Positions 47,956-57,672 of a stretch of 64,000 nt of DNA are shown here, piece by piece. Below the pieces are notes generated by a model, which was not told the DNA's origin, ran no database searches, and saw nothing but the letters and a program-made list of their open reading frames with translations. The DNA is from Lewinellaceae bacterium (lineage in GTDB: Bacteria > Bacteroidota > Bacteroidia > Chitinophagales > Saprospiraceae). The translations under genes were made by a program, and so were the position numbers. The stretch is from the NCBI GenBank assembly GCA_024644235.1, contig JAHELJ010000001.1, positions 49,556 through 113,555 of the forward strand. The letters are read 5' to 3'. The first letter of the stretch is position 1; each line of letters starts with the position of its first letter.

Positions 47956-50373
47956 ATGAAGTCACTGATAAGCTCTTTATTATTGATTGGCGTAGTGGTG
48001 TGGAGTGCAAGTGCACAGCCTCTTACTGAAATTCCATACGATTTCAAATTGGAAGCGGCAGACGAATCTTTTAACAATAAGGATTATTACAACGCAGTGG
48101 ATTGGTATGAGCAGTGCTACAAAGAAACGCGTCAACTTGATCTTGCTCAGAAGATAGGATTTTGCCATTACAAGTTGCGAGATTACCGCAGGGCTGAAAG
48201 ATGGTATAAAAGAGTCATTGACAAGGATAAGGAAATGATTTATCCCCAGGCCCGCTTCGATTATGGTCGTCTGCTAAAGTACAATGCGAAATATGATGAG
48301 GCGGAGCAGGTTTTCAGAGAGTTCAGTCAGCATGAAAAATCACAATCATTCAAAGATTGGATTCAGATCGAACTCGCGGGAATTGATTTGGCAAAAACCA
48401 TGAAGGTGCCGGATGATCTCCTGGTGGAAAACGCAGGTCGGAAAATTAATGGAAGAAACATGGAATCTTCACCGGCCCTTTCACCAGAAGGCGAATTATA
48501 CTATGTGTCGATCGATTCAGATGAAATCTTAAAGGTCACCTCCAAGAACGAAGATTTTCACTACAAGATCTTTCAATCGCGGCGTACTGATCGTGGAGAC
48601 TGGCAAAAGGGGAGGGAAGTATCGGAAAAGATCAACCGACCCGGGTATCATAACAGTCATGTTTCTTTTTCGAGAGATGGTGAACGAATGTATTTTACAA
48701 GGGCCATCGTCTCAGGTGGTGAGATCATCTCATCAGATCTTTATTACAGTGATAATACAAGAGGCGGCTGGGGAGCTCCCCAACCAATTAGTTCTCTCAA
48801 TGGAGATTTCCTTAATCAACATCCGGTAACAGGAGAACTTTTTGGCCAGGATGTTTTAATATTCTCATCAAATCAACCCGGTGGTTCTGGTGGACTTGAT
48901 CTTTACTATGCTCCGGTGGATCGTGATGGTACATTTGGACAAGCAGTGAATCTTGGCAATAGGATTAATAGTATCGGTAATGAGGTGACGCCCTTCTTTG
49001 GCGAAGCAATGCTTTATTTTAGTTCCGATGGTCACCCATCAATGGGAGGGTACGATATTTTCAAATCTGAATGGGACGGTGCGTCTCTTGGCACACCGCA
49101 AAATATGGGGAAAGGCTTTAGTAGCTCAGTGGATGATCTGTATTTCACTTTGGGAGACGAGGAAAGTGGTTTCCTGGTCAGCAATCGTGATGGCACCCGA
49201 TCGGTTAAGAGTGCCACTTGCTGTGACGATATCTTCACCTTTGCGAAGAAAGAAATTATCATAAAACTTCTCGCTTCGGTTTTTGAAGAAGGAGAAGATG
49301 AAAAACCCCTGCCGGGAGCAACGATCAAATTATATCAGAAGATCGGTGAGGAACTCGGATTTCCAGATGTGCAAGAAAACGAAGAAGGTAATGAATTCGA
49401 TTTTGCTCTTGATGCTGATAAAGCGTATAAGGTTCTCGTAGAGCGTGAAGGGTTTTATCCGGACACTGCCGATTTCAATACAGTAGGAGTAAGAGAATCA
49501 AAAAACTTCCGCGGTACTTTTCGTCTCAAACCTATGCCAGAGGAGCCAGAGGTCGAGATCTTGACAATCAATGAACCGATCCGGTTGAATAACATTTACT
49601 ATGAATTCGATGACGACCAGATTTTGCCAGATGCAGAGGGAGACCTTGATTTTGTTTTCGATCTAATGACTCAATATCCGGATATGGTGATCGAACTTTC
49701 AAGTCACACTGATGCCAGGGGGCCGGATGCTTATAATGAAAATCTGAGCCAACGCAGAGCAAATTCGGCCAAACAGTATTTGGAGCTGCTGGGAATTGAT
49801 GGTGACCGGGTTCGAGCGGTGGGCTACGGTGAGAAAAGGATTCTTAACAAATGTGTTAATGGAGTTAACTGTACCGAGGCCGAACACAGGCTAAACCGTC
49901 GTACAGAATTCACTATTCTTGAAGGCCCACAAACCATCGAAATCCGAAAGGAGATTAAGAAGGCACCAACCGGAGGCGATGATGGGGATGATGGGGGCTC
50001 TGCCAGTCTTAATTCCACCAATCCTGATGCAACGTCAAGTGCAAAGACTTTAATAAAATACCCAAAACTTCAATTCGAAAATGAAAGCGTGAACCTCGGT
50101 TCAGTACAGCAGGGCGAAAAGAAGAAGTATGCTTTTTCTTTTCGAAATGCAGGGGAAGCCGACTTGATTATAGATTTAGCCACTGCTTGTGAATGCACTG
50201 AACTGGATTGGCCGCGAGATCCGATAAAACCTGGGCAGACTGGTTTAATCGATGTCGAATACGATAGCACCGATAAGGAGGGTCAACAGGAAGTGACCGT
50301 GGATGTTATTGCTAATACGGAACCCATCGTTACCCAAGCCACTTTCACAATATTTGTTGAAAAAGTAAATTGA
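47956..50373 (+). CDS. PorE-like T9SS-associated OmpA-family protein (TPR + TolB-like β-propeller + CRD + OmpA_C) with an extra C-terminal DUF1573-like domain
   Basis: Signal peptide; TPR helices (YYNAVDWYEQCY...); WD40/TolB-like blades (LYYVS, RMYFT, LDLYYA, GYDIFKS); carboxypeptidase-regulatory-like domain (PLPGATIKLYQ); OmpA_C (HTDARGPDAYNENLSQRRANSA...NRRTEF); Gly/Asp linker then a roughly 110-aa DUF1573-like β-sandwich with CxC; 11 nt after the porP-like gene. Confidence 0.65.
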   Translation: MKSLISSLLLIGVVVWSASAQPLTEIPYDFKLEAADESFNNKDYYNAVDWYEQCYKETRQLDLAQKIGFCHYKLRDYRRAERWYKRVIDKDKEMIYPQARFDYGRLLKYNAKYDEAEQVFREFSQHEKSQSFKDWIQIELAGIDLAKTMKVPDDLLVENAGRKINGRNMESSPALSPEGELYYVSIDSDEILKVTSKNEDFHYKIFQSRRTDRGDWQKGREVSEKINRPGYHNSHVSFSRDGERMYFTRAIVSGGEIISSDLYYSDNTRGGWGAPQPISSLNGDFLNQHPVTGELFGQDVLIFSSNQPGGSGGLDLYYAPVDRDGTFGQAVNLGNRINSIGNEVTPFFGEAMLYFSSDGHPSMGGYDIFKSEWDGASLGTPQNMGKGFSSSVDDLYFTLGDEESGFLVSNRDGTRSVKSATCCDDIFTFAKKEIIIKLLASVFEEGEDEKPLPGATIKLYQKIGEELGFPDVQENEEGNEFDFALDADKAYKVLVEREGFYPDTADFNTVGVRESKNFRGTFRLKPMPEEPEVEILTINEPIRLNNIYYEFDDDQILPDAEGDLDFVFDLMTQYPDMVIELSSHTDARGPDAYNENLSQRRANSAKQYLELLGIDGDRVRAVGYGEKRILNKCVNGVNCTEAEHRLNRRTEFTILEGPQTIEIRKEIKKAPTGGDDGDDGGSASLNSTNPDATSSAKTLIKYPKLQFENESVNLGSVQQGEKKKYAFSFRNAGEADLIIDLATACECTELDWPRDPIKPGQTGLIDVEYDSTDKEGQQEVTVDVIANTEPIVTQATFTIFVEKVN

Positions 50374-51001
50374 ATTCTCCGGTCTGAGCGACTTTCTCCT
50401 CCAATTATGGCACAGTGCGGTTGACCTTGGCGGGATCCAGTGGCTAGCTCTTCTCTTCAACATACTCTATGTCATATTTGCCGCCAGGGAGCAAATCATT
50501 TGTTGGGTCTTTGGATTGATTGGTGTCAGCCTGTTGCTTGCCATTTACGTTGAAGCACGACTCTACTCTGATGCCACACTGCAAGTATTTTATATAGTAA
50601 TGTCAATCTACGGCTGGGCCTCGTGGAGCAAACGTCGCAAGCAACCTACTTTGTCCATCTCGATTTTGCCAATTAGACGACACGCCTGGCTACTCGTATT
50701 GGGTGTGATCATGACGGTGCTCTTAGGCAAATTCTGGACCTTATTTGACGCGGCTCTACCCTTTGCAGATGCCTTCACAAGTTCATTCAGTATCATAGCG
50801 ACCTTCATGGTAGCTCGCAAGATCCTGGAGAATTGGATCTATTGGATTGTGATTGATACCGTCTGTGTCATCATTTATGTCGAGCGAGAATTGTGGGTTA
50901 TTGCCTTACTATTCGTGATATATACAATCATAGCAATTTTTGGCTGGAAGGTTTGGTATGAAAAATGGAAGCATGATCGCAATCCAGACCCCTCTATTTA
51001 G
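50369..51001 (+). CDS. pnuC: nicotinamide riboside transporter PnuC
   Basis: Conserved PnuC core from about 50408 (W.S..DL.G..WLALLFNILYVIFAAREQIICW.FG...LQVFYIVMSIYGW.SW and C-terminal ENW.YWIVID). There is no ATG/GTG/TTG in frame between the upstream stop (50366) and the homologous region; the first canonical start (TTG 50516) would delete a conserved TM helix. Start coordinate uncertain. Confidence 0.65.
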   Translation: MEFSGLSDFLLQLWHSAVDLGGIQWLALLFNILYVIFAAREQIICWVFGLIGVSLLLAIYVEARLYSDATLQVFYIVMSIYGWASWSKRRKQPTLSISILPIRRHAWLLVLGVIMTVLLGKFWTLFDAALPFADAFTSSFSIIATFMVARKILENWIYWIVIDTVCVIIYVERELWVIALLFVIYTIIAIFGWKVWYEKWKHDRNPDPSI

Positions 51002-51379
51002 ATTTGATCTAAATAATTCTCGAGTGCAAAAGGGTCGATTTGTTATGTGCATAAGGTTTATATCTTTGCCATGATTTTTACGAAATAGCTATCATCAAGC
51101 TGTAAATAACAACATACGATTGTGGTCATCAGGTATCGCAGATTAATTACAAATATTCTTTTCTTAGTACTTCTCAGTCCAACTTCGCTTCTAGCCCAAT
51201 CCACCAGCTCTGAGTCTTTTCTCAACGTGGGATTAGTTATTATGGCCGTCATAGTTTTCATCACGGCACTTATTTTGGTTGGTGATAATTTAATTGGTAT
51301 TGAGGCCAAAGAAGGGAAGGTGAATATACCAAGCACTGGGGGTTTTAGCAGGCTGTTTGCCAAGAAGCCCGCCAAATAT

Positions 51380-52741
51380 GTGGAGGGTTCTTACCATGCT
51401 CTGACCCGAGGTTTCGACATTAAGCTGACAGGAGAAGCGAAAAAGGAGGTGGAATCTATCCCAGTAAGTGCCGTAGCGCTTCAGCCGCCCAATTTCACTG
51501 GAATGTCACCTATTCCCAAAGTTTTGTTTGAACCAGGTCAAGAAGTACTTGCGGGAGATGCTTTGTTCTTCGATAAGAAACGACCAGATATCAAATATGT
51601 GTCGCCGGTGAGTGGGGAGGTTGCAGCTATCAATCGAGGGGAAAAGCGGGCGATCACCGAAATAGTGATCATTCCCGATAAAGAACAGCGATATAGGCAA
51701 GTCCCATCAGTCGATCTTAATACGGTCAGTAGAGAAGAACTTATAACTTTTCTAATTAATACTGGTGCCTGGCCTTTCATCAGGCAGCGGCCATACAATT
51801 TGGTGGCGAAACCAGGCGATGTACCAGAGAATATTTTTGTATCGACATTTGATACCGCACCTCTTGCACCTGATAATGATTTCATTATTCAAGGGCAGGA
51901 AAATGAATGGGAGAAGGGTATTGAGATATTGACTAAACTTACAGATGGCAAGGTCTATCTCGGTTTGAATGCCAATGGCCCAGATGCACCTGCAAAGGCT
52001 TTCACAAATATCTCTAGTGCCGAGAAAGTCTGGTTTTCCGGACCCCATCCAGTCGGTAATGTAGGTGTACAAATTCATCATATTCACCCGGTCTCATCAA
52101 CGAATATAGCGTGGGTGTTGGGTGTACAGGATGTAATTGTGATCGGGAGATTATTTACTGAAGGTCGCTTCAATGCAGAGCGACTTGTCGCTTTGACTGG
52201 TCAGTGTGTAGAAGATAGAAAGTATGTGAGAGTGCCACTTGGTGCAAAGATATCTGAACTCGTAAAGGGACAAGAATTGACAGATGCCCACCGGATCATC
52301 TCTGGGGATGTCCTGTCTGGACATAAGAAGTCGCAGGAGGGTTATCTGGACTTTTATGATGATCAACTCACGGTAATTGACGAGGGTAAAGAGTACGAGA
52401 TGTTTGGTTGGTTGTTACCTCTCAAAATGCGACCTAGTACATCAAAAACGTATCCGAATTTTATGTTTCCGGACGTGGAGTTTGAAGTAAATACGAACAC
52501 GCATGGTGAGAGGCGGGCTTTTGTGGTGACAGGGCAATATGAGAATATGTTACCCATGGATATATATCCGCAACATTTGATGAAGGCGATCTTAACGAAC
52601 GATTACGAAAAGATGGAAGGTTTGGGAATTCATGAGTTGGCTGAAGAAGACATCGCCCTTTGTGAATTTGCTTGCACATCAAAGCAACCGCTTCAACATA
52701 TTTTACGTCAGGGTCTGGATATGATGAGAGAGCAGGGATAG
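51380..52741 (+). CDS. nqrA: Na+-translocating NADH:quinone oxidoreductase subunit A
   Basis: NqrA N-terminus (GFDIKLTGEAKKEV) and full-length similarity; GTG at 51380 gives a typical 454-aa product, but the frame is open back to 51122 (ATG at 51242, GTG at 51122); see findings. Confidence 0.75.
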   Translation: MEGSYHALTRGFDIKLTGEAKKEVESIPVSAVALQPPNFTGMSPIPKVLFEPGQEVLAGDALFFDKKRPDIKYVSPVSGEVAAINRGEKRAITEIVIIPDKEQRYRQVPSVDLNTVSREELITFLINTGAWPFIRQRPYNLVAKPGDVPENIFVSTFDTAPLAPDNDFIIQGQENEWEKGIEILTKLTDGKVYLGLNANGPDAPAKAFTNISSAEKVWFSGPHPVGNVGVQIHHIHPVSSTNIAWVLGVQDVIVIGRLFTEGRFNAERLVALTGQCVEDRKYVRVPLGAKISELVKGQELTDAHRIISGDVLSGHKKSQEGYLDFYDDQLTVIDEGKEYEMFGWLLPLKMRPSTSKTYPNFMFPDVEFEVNTNTHGERRAFVVTGQYENMLPMDIYPQHLMKAILTNDYEKMEGLGIHELAEEDIALCEFACTSKQPLQHILRQGLDMMREQG

Positions 52742-52758
52742 GTAAACGAAATAGGGAG

Positions 52759-54003
52759 ATGAGCAAATTATTAGAATTTATTAAGAAGATAGAGCCGAAG
52801 AAGGGAAGCCTCGCCCATACCCTGTATGATGGATTTTTCACCTTCTTATATACTCCGGACGAGGTCACTCACGGTGGAACCCATATCAAGGATGGGATGG
52901 ACCTGAAGAGAACGATGGTTATCGTGGTACTCTCCCTGCAGCTATGCTATCTTTTGGGCACTTATAACATTGGGCATCAACATTTTCTGGCAATCGGTGA
53001 ACATACCGCCTTTCTTGAAGGCTTCCATTTGAAATTATTCTATGGCCTAGGGAAATTACTGCCTATTTGGATTGTAACGCATGTGGTAGGCTTAGGCATC
53101 GAATTCTATTATGCTTGGAAGAAAGGTCATGGGATCGAAGAAGGCTTTTTGGTTTCAGGGGCGCTCATTCCTCTGATTATGCCTCCTGATTTACCCTTAT
53201 GGATCCTGGCACTTTCGGTTGCTTTTGCGGTTTGGATTGGAAAGGAAGCCTTTGGAGGAACGGGTATGAATATCTGGAATATTGCATTATTATCCAGGGT
53301 ATTTGTATTCTTTGCCTATCCCACCACCATTTCCGGTGATGAAGTCTGGGTGGCAGGCTTGGAAAGAGCTTCTTCTGGAGCTGCGGTAGACTATGGATGG
53401 TGGCATCACCTGTGCAACGTATTTTTTGATTGGGCAGGTTGGAGTACATTCAACGGGGCGGCTCAGGTAATAGATGGATTTACCGGTGCGACTCCATTGT
53501 CGCTGGCTTTTCAGGGTGGTTGGGAGCAAGTCACTTCTGTTTATTCTGAAACTGCAATGTGGTGGGGATCCATTCCCGGGTCAATAGGAGAGACGAGTAA
53601 ACCATTGATCATTGTTGGTGCATTGATGTTGATCGTCTCAGGAATTGGTAGCTGGAGAATCATGCTTGGCATGTTTCTGGGAGCAGTGGTGATGGGTTGG
53701 CTCTTAAATGCATGGGGAGCTACACCGTTTATGGAAGTGCCCTGGCAATACCATTTTTACATGGGCAGTTTCTTTTTTGCAATGGCTTTCATGGCAACAG
53801 ATCCGGTTACGGCAGCTTCAACTGATCAAGGGAAGTGGATCTATGGATTCCTCATTGGTTTTATCGGATTGATTATCCGGGTTCTCAATCCCGCGTATCC
53901 GGAAGGATGGATGCTGGCTATTCTCTTATTGAATACTTTTGCACCGTTGATCGATCACTATATCTTGCAGGCAAACATTTCAAAAAGACTGAAGCGTGCA
54001 TAG
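52759..54003 (+). CDS. nqrB: Na+-NQR subunit B
   Basis: MSKLLEFIKKIEPKKGSLAHTLYDGFFTFLYTP NqrB N-terminus, about 10 TM helices, FMN attachment region (GATPL); 415 aa. Confidence 0.85.
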   Translation: MSKLLEFIKKIEPKKGSLAHTLYDGFFTFLYTPDEVTHGGTHIKDGMDLKRTMVIVVLSLQLCYLLGTYNIGHQHFLAIGEHTAFLEGFHLKLFYGLGKLLPIWIVTHVVGLGIEFYYAWKKGHGIEEGFLVSGALIPLIMPPDLPLWILALSVAFAVWIGKEAFGGTGMNIWNIALLSRVFVFFAYPTTISGDEVWVAGLERASSGAAVDYGWWHHLCNVFFDWAGWSTFNGAAQVIDGFTGATPLSLAFQGGWEQVTSVYSETAMWWGSIPGSIGETSKPLIIVGALMLIVSGIGSWRIMLGMFLGAVVMGWLLNAWGATPFMEVPWQYHFYMGSFFFAMAFMATDPVTAASTDQGKWIYGFLIGFIGLIIRVLNPAYPEGWMLAILLLNTFAPLIDHYILQANISKRLKRA

Positions 54004-54706
54004 TACCAGATATATCATATTCTTTGTATTGGCATTGACAGGAGTAGTTGCTTTGCTGCTATCTCTGATGTCAACGGGTCTTAAGGACATCCATGATCGC
54101 AACGAAGCTATCTATAATAAGAAAGCCATACTTTCTGCGATTGAAAATTCTCTGGAGACAGAGGTCAAGTCACTTTCCGACATGGAAATCATGGAGATTT
54201 TTGAGCAGAATATTGAGCAGGTCGTGGTAGATATGAAAGGTCAGGTGGTGTCAGGCGTACTTGCAGAAGAAATTGATATGGCTAGAGAGCGAAAGAAACC
54301 CGAGTCTCAGCGGCGCTTGCCTGTGTATATTTACAATGGGAACGATGGTAAAATATATATCATCAGTGTTCGGGGAAGTGGCCTGTGGGATGAGATCTGG
54401 GGCTCGATCGCTCTCGAAGATGATTTGAATACAGTGGCTGGTGCTGCTTTTGATCATCAGGGTGAAACGCCGGGTCTTGGTGCAGAGATCAAAGACAATC
54501 CAAGTTTTGCATCCCAATTCATTGGCAAAAAATTATATGAACCCGACGGAGATTTTGCTTCGATTACTGTGAGGAAGGGAGGGGCTCGCGATCCGTTACA
54601 TGAAGTGGATGGAATCAGCGGAGCAACAGTCACGGCGGATGGTGTGACAGAAATGTTGGAAAGGGGAATAAAGTATTACCAGCCTTATTTCGAAACTGTT
54701 AAATAG
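53996..54706 (+). CDS. nqrC: Na+-NQR subunit C
   Basis: Single N-terminal TM plus FMN-binding domain with SGATVT covalent-FMN motif; GTG start overlapping the nqrB stop by 8 nt. Confidence 0.8.
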   Translation: MHSTRYIIFFVLALTGVVALLLSLMSTGLKDIHDRNEAIYNKKAILSAIENSLETEVKSLSDMEIMEIFEQNIEQVVVDMKGQVVSGVLAEEIDMARERKKPESQRRLPVYIYNGNDGKIYIISVRGSGLWDEIWGSIALEDDLNTVAGAAFDHQGETPGLGAEIKDNPSFASQFIGKKLYEPDGDFASITVRKGGARDPLHEVDGISGATVTADGVTEMLERGIKYYQPYFETVK

Positions 54707-54742
54707 GTCGACAAAAACTCACCTTCAAAAGAAAAATAAATT

Positions 54743-55459
54743 ATGGCTGAAACAGCAGTGCAGGAACCAAAGGTCAAAACCCAAGAGCCTCTCTTTGGGA
54801 CCAAGGAGAGGAAACTGCTGATTGATCCACTGAACGAGAATAATCCAATAACCGTACAGGTACTAGGTATTTGTTCGGCATTGGCGGTTACATCTTTGGT
54901 TTATCCATCTGTGGTAATGGCTATCGCAGTGATATTTGTGTTGGCATTTTCGAATCTTTTCACATCCTTGCTTCGGAAGAGTATTCCCAAGCAGGTGCGA
55001 ATGATTGTTCAACTGGTTATCATCGCTTCACTGGTGACCGTGGTGGAGTTGACCCTGAAGGCGGTCAATTTCGAGGTGTACAAGCAGCTTTCAGTATTCA
55101 TTGGATTAATCATCACAAACTGTATCATCATGGGTCGTTTGGAGGCCTTTGCCATGGCCAACAGGCCTTGGCGATCTTTTCTTGACGGCATAGGAAATGG
55201 ATTGGGGTACGGAGCGATTCTCATCGTTGTGGCCTTGTTCAGAGAGCTATTTGGAAAAGGAAGTTTATTTGCTGGAAGTCCATTGGAGATGAAGATCATC
55301 GGACCCAGTGCAGAGTATTGGTTGAATAGTACAAATGGCTGGCTGTCATGGTATCAAAATAACAACCTGATGGTCTTGTCCGGTGCAGCCATGTTTATCA
55401 TAGGAATTATCATCTGGATCCATCGGAGCTGGAATCCAAAATTGGTTGATGTTTCATAA
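54743..55459 (+). CDS. nqrD: Na+-NQR subunit D
   Basis: NqrD/RnfE-type six-TM protein ([17 protein letters not shown]); 238 aa. Confidence 0.85.
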   Translation: MAETAVQEPKVKTQEPLFGTKERKLLIDPLNENNPITVQVLGICSALAVTSLVYPSVVMAIAVIFVLAFSNLFTSLLRKSIPKQVRMIVQLVIIASLVTVVELTLKAVNFEVYKQLSVFIGLIITNCIIMGRLEAFAMANRPWRSFLDGIGNGLGYGAILIVVALFRELFGKGSLFAGSPLEMKIIGPSAEYWLNSTNGWLSWYQNNNLMVLSGAAMFIIGIIIWIHRSWNPKLVDVS

Positions 55460-55470
55460 ATACAGGTAAG

Positions 55471-56070
55471 ATGGATCTCGTCAACATTTTTATCAAATCG
55501 GCATTTATTGAGAACCTGGTTCTGAGTTATTTTCTTGGGATGTGCTCTTATCTGGCCGTATCAAAAACAGTTAAAACAGCATTTGGTCTTGGCCTGGCGG
55601 TCATTTTTGTTTTAGGCATTACTATACCCATTAATTGGCTGATCACGACATTCCTGTTGAGTGAAACGGGCGTATTTGGTCATGATTTTACCTTCCTGCG
55701 ACTGATACTGTTTATTGCAGTAATCGCTTCCATGGTGCAATTGGTAGAAATGGTAATCGAGAAGTTTTCTCCTGCCCTATATAATTCGCTTGGAATCTTT
55801 CTGCCGTTGATTACCGTGAACTGTGCGATATTGGGCGGTTCGCTATTCACCGTTACCAGGGAATACACTTTTGGCGAATCAGTGGCTTTCGGATTGGGTG
55901 GAGGATTTGGATGGTTTCTTGCCATTATTGCCATTGCGGCTATAAGAGAAAAGATCCGCTATTCTAATATTCCGGCACCATTGCGGGGGCTTGGGATTGC
56001 GTTTATCATTACCGGGTTGATGGGAATTGCATTTATGAGTCTGCTGGGAATAGATCCAGCTGCTTTCTAA
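55471..56070 (+). CDS. nqrE: Na+-NQR subunit E
   Basis: NqrE/RnfA-type six-TM protein ([18 protein letters not shown]); 199 aa. Confidence 0.85.
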   Translation: MDLVNIFIKSAFIENLVLSYFLGMCSYLAVSKTVKTAFGLGLAVIFVLGITIPINWLITTFLLSETGVFGHDFTFLRLILFIAVIASMVQLVEMVIEKFSPALYNSLGIFLPLITVNCAILGGSLFTVTREYTFGESVAFGLGGGFGWFLAIIAIAAIREKIRYSNIPAPLRGLGIAFIITGLMGIAFMSLLGIDPAAF

Positions 56071-56083
56071 ATATTTTGACTGA

Positions 56084-57385
56084 ATGATCATCTTACTTTC
56101 ACTCGTACCAGTTATCATTTCGATTGCCATCTTTTGCACGGTGATCTTGCTACTTTCTTTCATGTTGATTTATGCGCGAAATCAACTGGTGCCCCAGGGT
56201 GAAGTGAGTATTGTGATCAACGGAGATCCGGAAAACACCTTAAAGGTGAAGCCCGGCTCTTCACTGTTGTCGGCGTTATCTGAACAAAACGTTTTCTTAC
56301 CCTCTGCCTGTGGTGGGGGTGGCACATGTGCCATGTGCGAATGTCATATAGACAAGGGTGGAGGGGACGTGCTTCCCACTGAGTTGAATCACCTGACCAG
56401 GAAAGAGGTAGCTGAACACAAGAGGCTCGCCTGCCAGGTCAAGGTAAGGGAGGACATGCAGATAAGAGTGCCTGAAGAGATATTTGGCATCAAGAAATGG
56501 GAGTGTGAGGTGGTATCCAATTATAACGTTGCCACCTTTATCAAGGAATTTGTAGTTAAGTTGCCCGAAGGGGAGCGGTTGGATTTCCAATCGGGCGGGT
56601 ATATCCAGATCGATGTGCCCCAGATTGAGGTAGACTTTAAGAACTTTAATATAGATCCACTGCCTGGTGATCCGGCTGGTACGGATAAATTCCGATCGGA
56701 ATGGGATAAGTTTGGAATGTGGGATCTCAAGATGAAGAATGACGAGCCACAGTTTCGGGCATATTCCATGGCCAATCATCCTGCGGAAGGGAATATCATC
56801 AAGCTAAACATCCGAATTGCCACTCCACCCTGGGATCGAAACGCCAATGGAGGTAAAGGAGGCTGGATGAATGTAAATCCCGGCGTTTGCTCAAGCTATG
56901 TATTTGATCGAAAGCCAGGTGATAAGGTGACCATCTCAGGGCCGTACGGTGAGTTCTTCATTAAGGACACAGAAAAGGAAATGCTCTACATCGGAGGAGG
57001 TGCCGGTATGGCACCACTGAGAAGTCATTTATTTCATTTGTTTCATACAGAAAAAACCAAGCATCGAAATGTAACATACTGGTATGGAGGTCGCTCACTT
57101 CGGGAATTATTTTACACCAAGGACTTCCGGGACATTGAGGCCGAATTCGATAATTTCAAATATCATATTGCCTTGTCTTCGCCACTGCCGGAAGACAACT
57201 GGGATGGATACGTTGGTTTTATTCACCAGGTTGTATACGATCACTACCTTGCAAAGCATCCTGAGCCGGAAGAGATTGAATATTATCTCTGTGGGCCTCC
57301 ACTCATGCTCCAGGCATGTTTGAAGATGTTTGATGATCTGGGAGTGCCTGAAGAGAATATCGCATTTGATGATTTCGGCAGCTAG
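56084..57385 (+). CDS. nqrF: Na+-NQR subunit F
   Basis: N-terminal TM, 2Fe-2S ferredoxin (CGGGGTCAMCEC), FAD-binding (RAYSMAN), NADH-binding (GGGAGMAPL) domains; 433 aa. Confidence 0.9.
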   Translation: MIILLSLVPVIISIAIFCTVILLLSFMLIYARNQLVPQGEVSIVINGDPENTLKVKPGSSLLSALSEQNVFLPSACGGGGTCAMCECHIDKGGGDVLPTELNHLTRKEVAEHKRLACQVKVREDMQIRVPEEIFGIKKWECEVVSNYNVATFIKEFVVKLPEGERLDFQSGGYIQIDVPQIEVDFKNFNIDPLPGDPAGTDKFRSEWDKFGMWDLKMKNDEPQFRAYSMANHPAEGNIIKLNIRIATPPWDRNANGGKGGWMNVNPGVCSSYVFDRKPGDKVTISGPYGEFFIKDTEKEMLYIGGGAGMAPLRSHLFHLFHTEKTKHRNVTYWYGGRSLRELFYTKDFRDIEAEFDNFKYHIALSSPLPEDNWDGYVGFIHQVVYDHYLAKHPEPEEIEYYLCGPPLMLQACLKMFDDLGVPEENIAFDDFGS

Positions 57386-57672
57386 TTTTTCACACTATAT
57401 CTCCCGGATTTAACCAAAACCAGACAAGAAAAGGCCGATCAAACGACCGGCCCTTGAACAGATTCGTCCCATCCCTGGGATGAATAAGATATTTCTTTGT
57501 GACTCAATTCATATCCTGAATTTATTCTTTTGACTACAAATTTGCAGTAACATTTGATTCTGAGGAGTAGACTATATTGATCGACAATGCAATCATCACC
57601 TTGTGGATAATTTTTCTCAGTTCTTTTTTAAATCCCCACTATATTCGCGTGGACTTTCCCGCATGATATTCT

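Noticed and set aside
51040-51066. TTG…TAtcTTTG promoter-like motif upstream of the nqr region
   Set aside because: The spacer is only about 16 nt, shorter than the usual 19±2. It is kept only as a note inside the nqrA finding.
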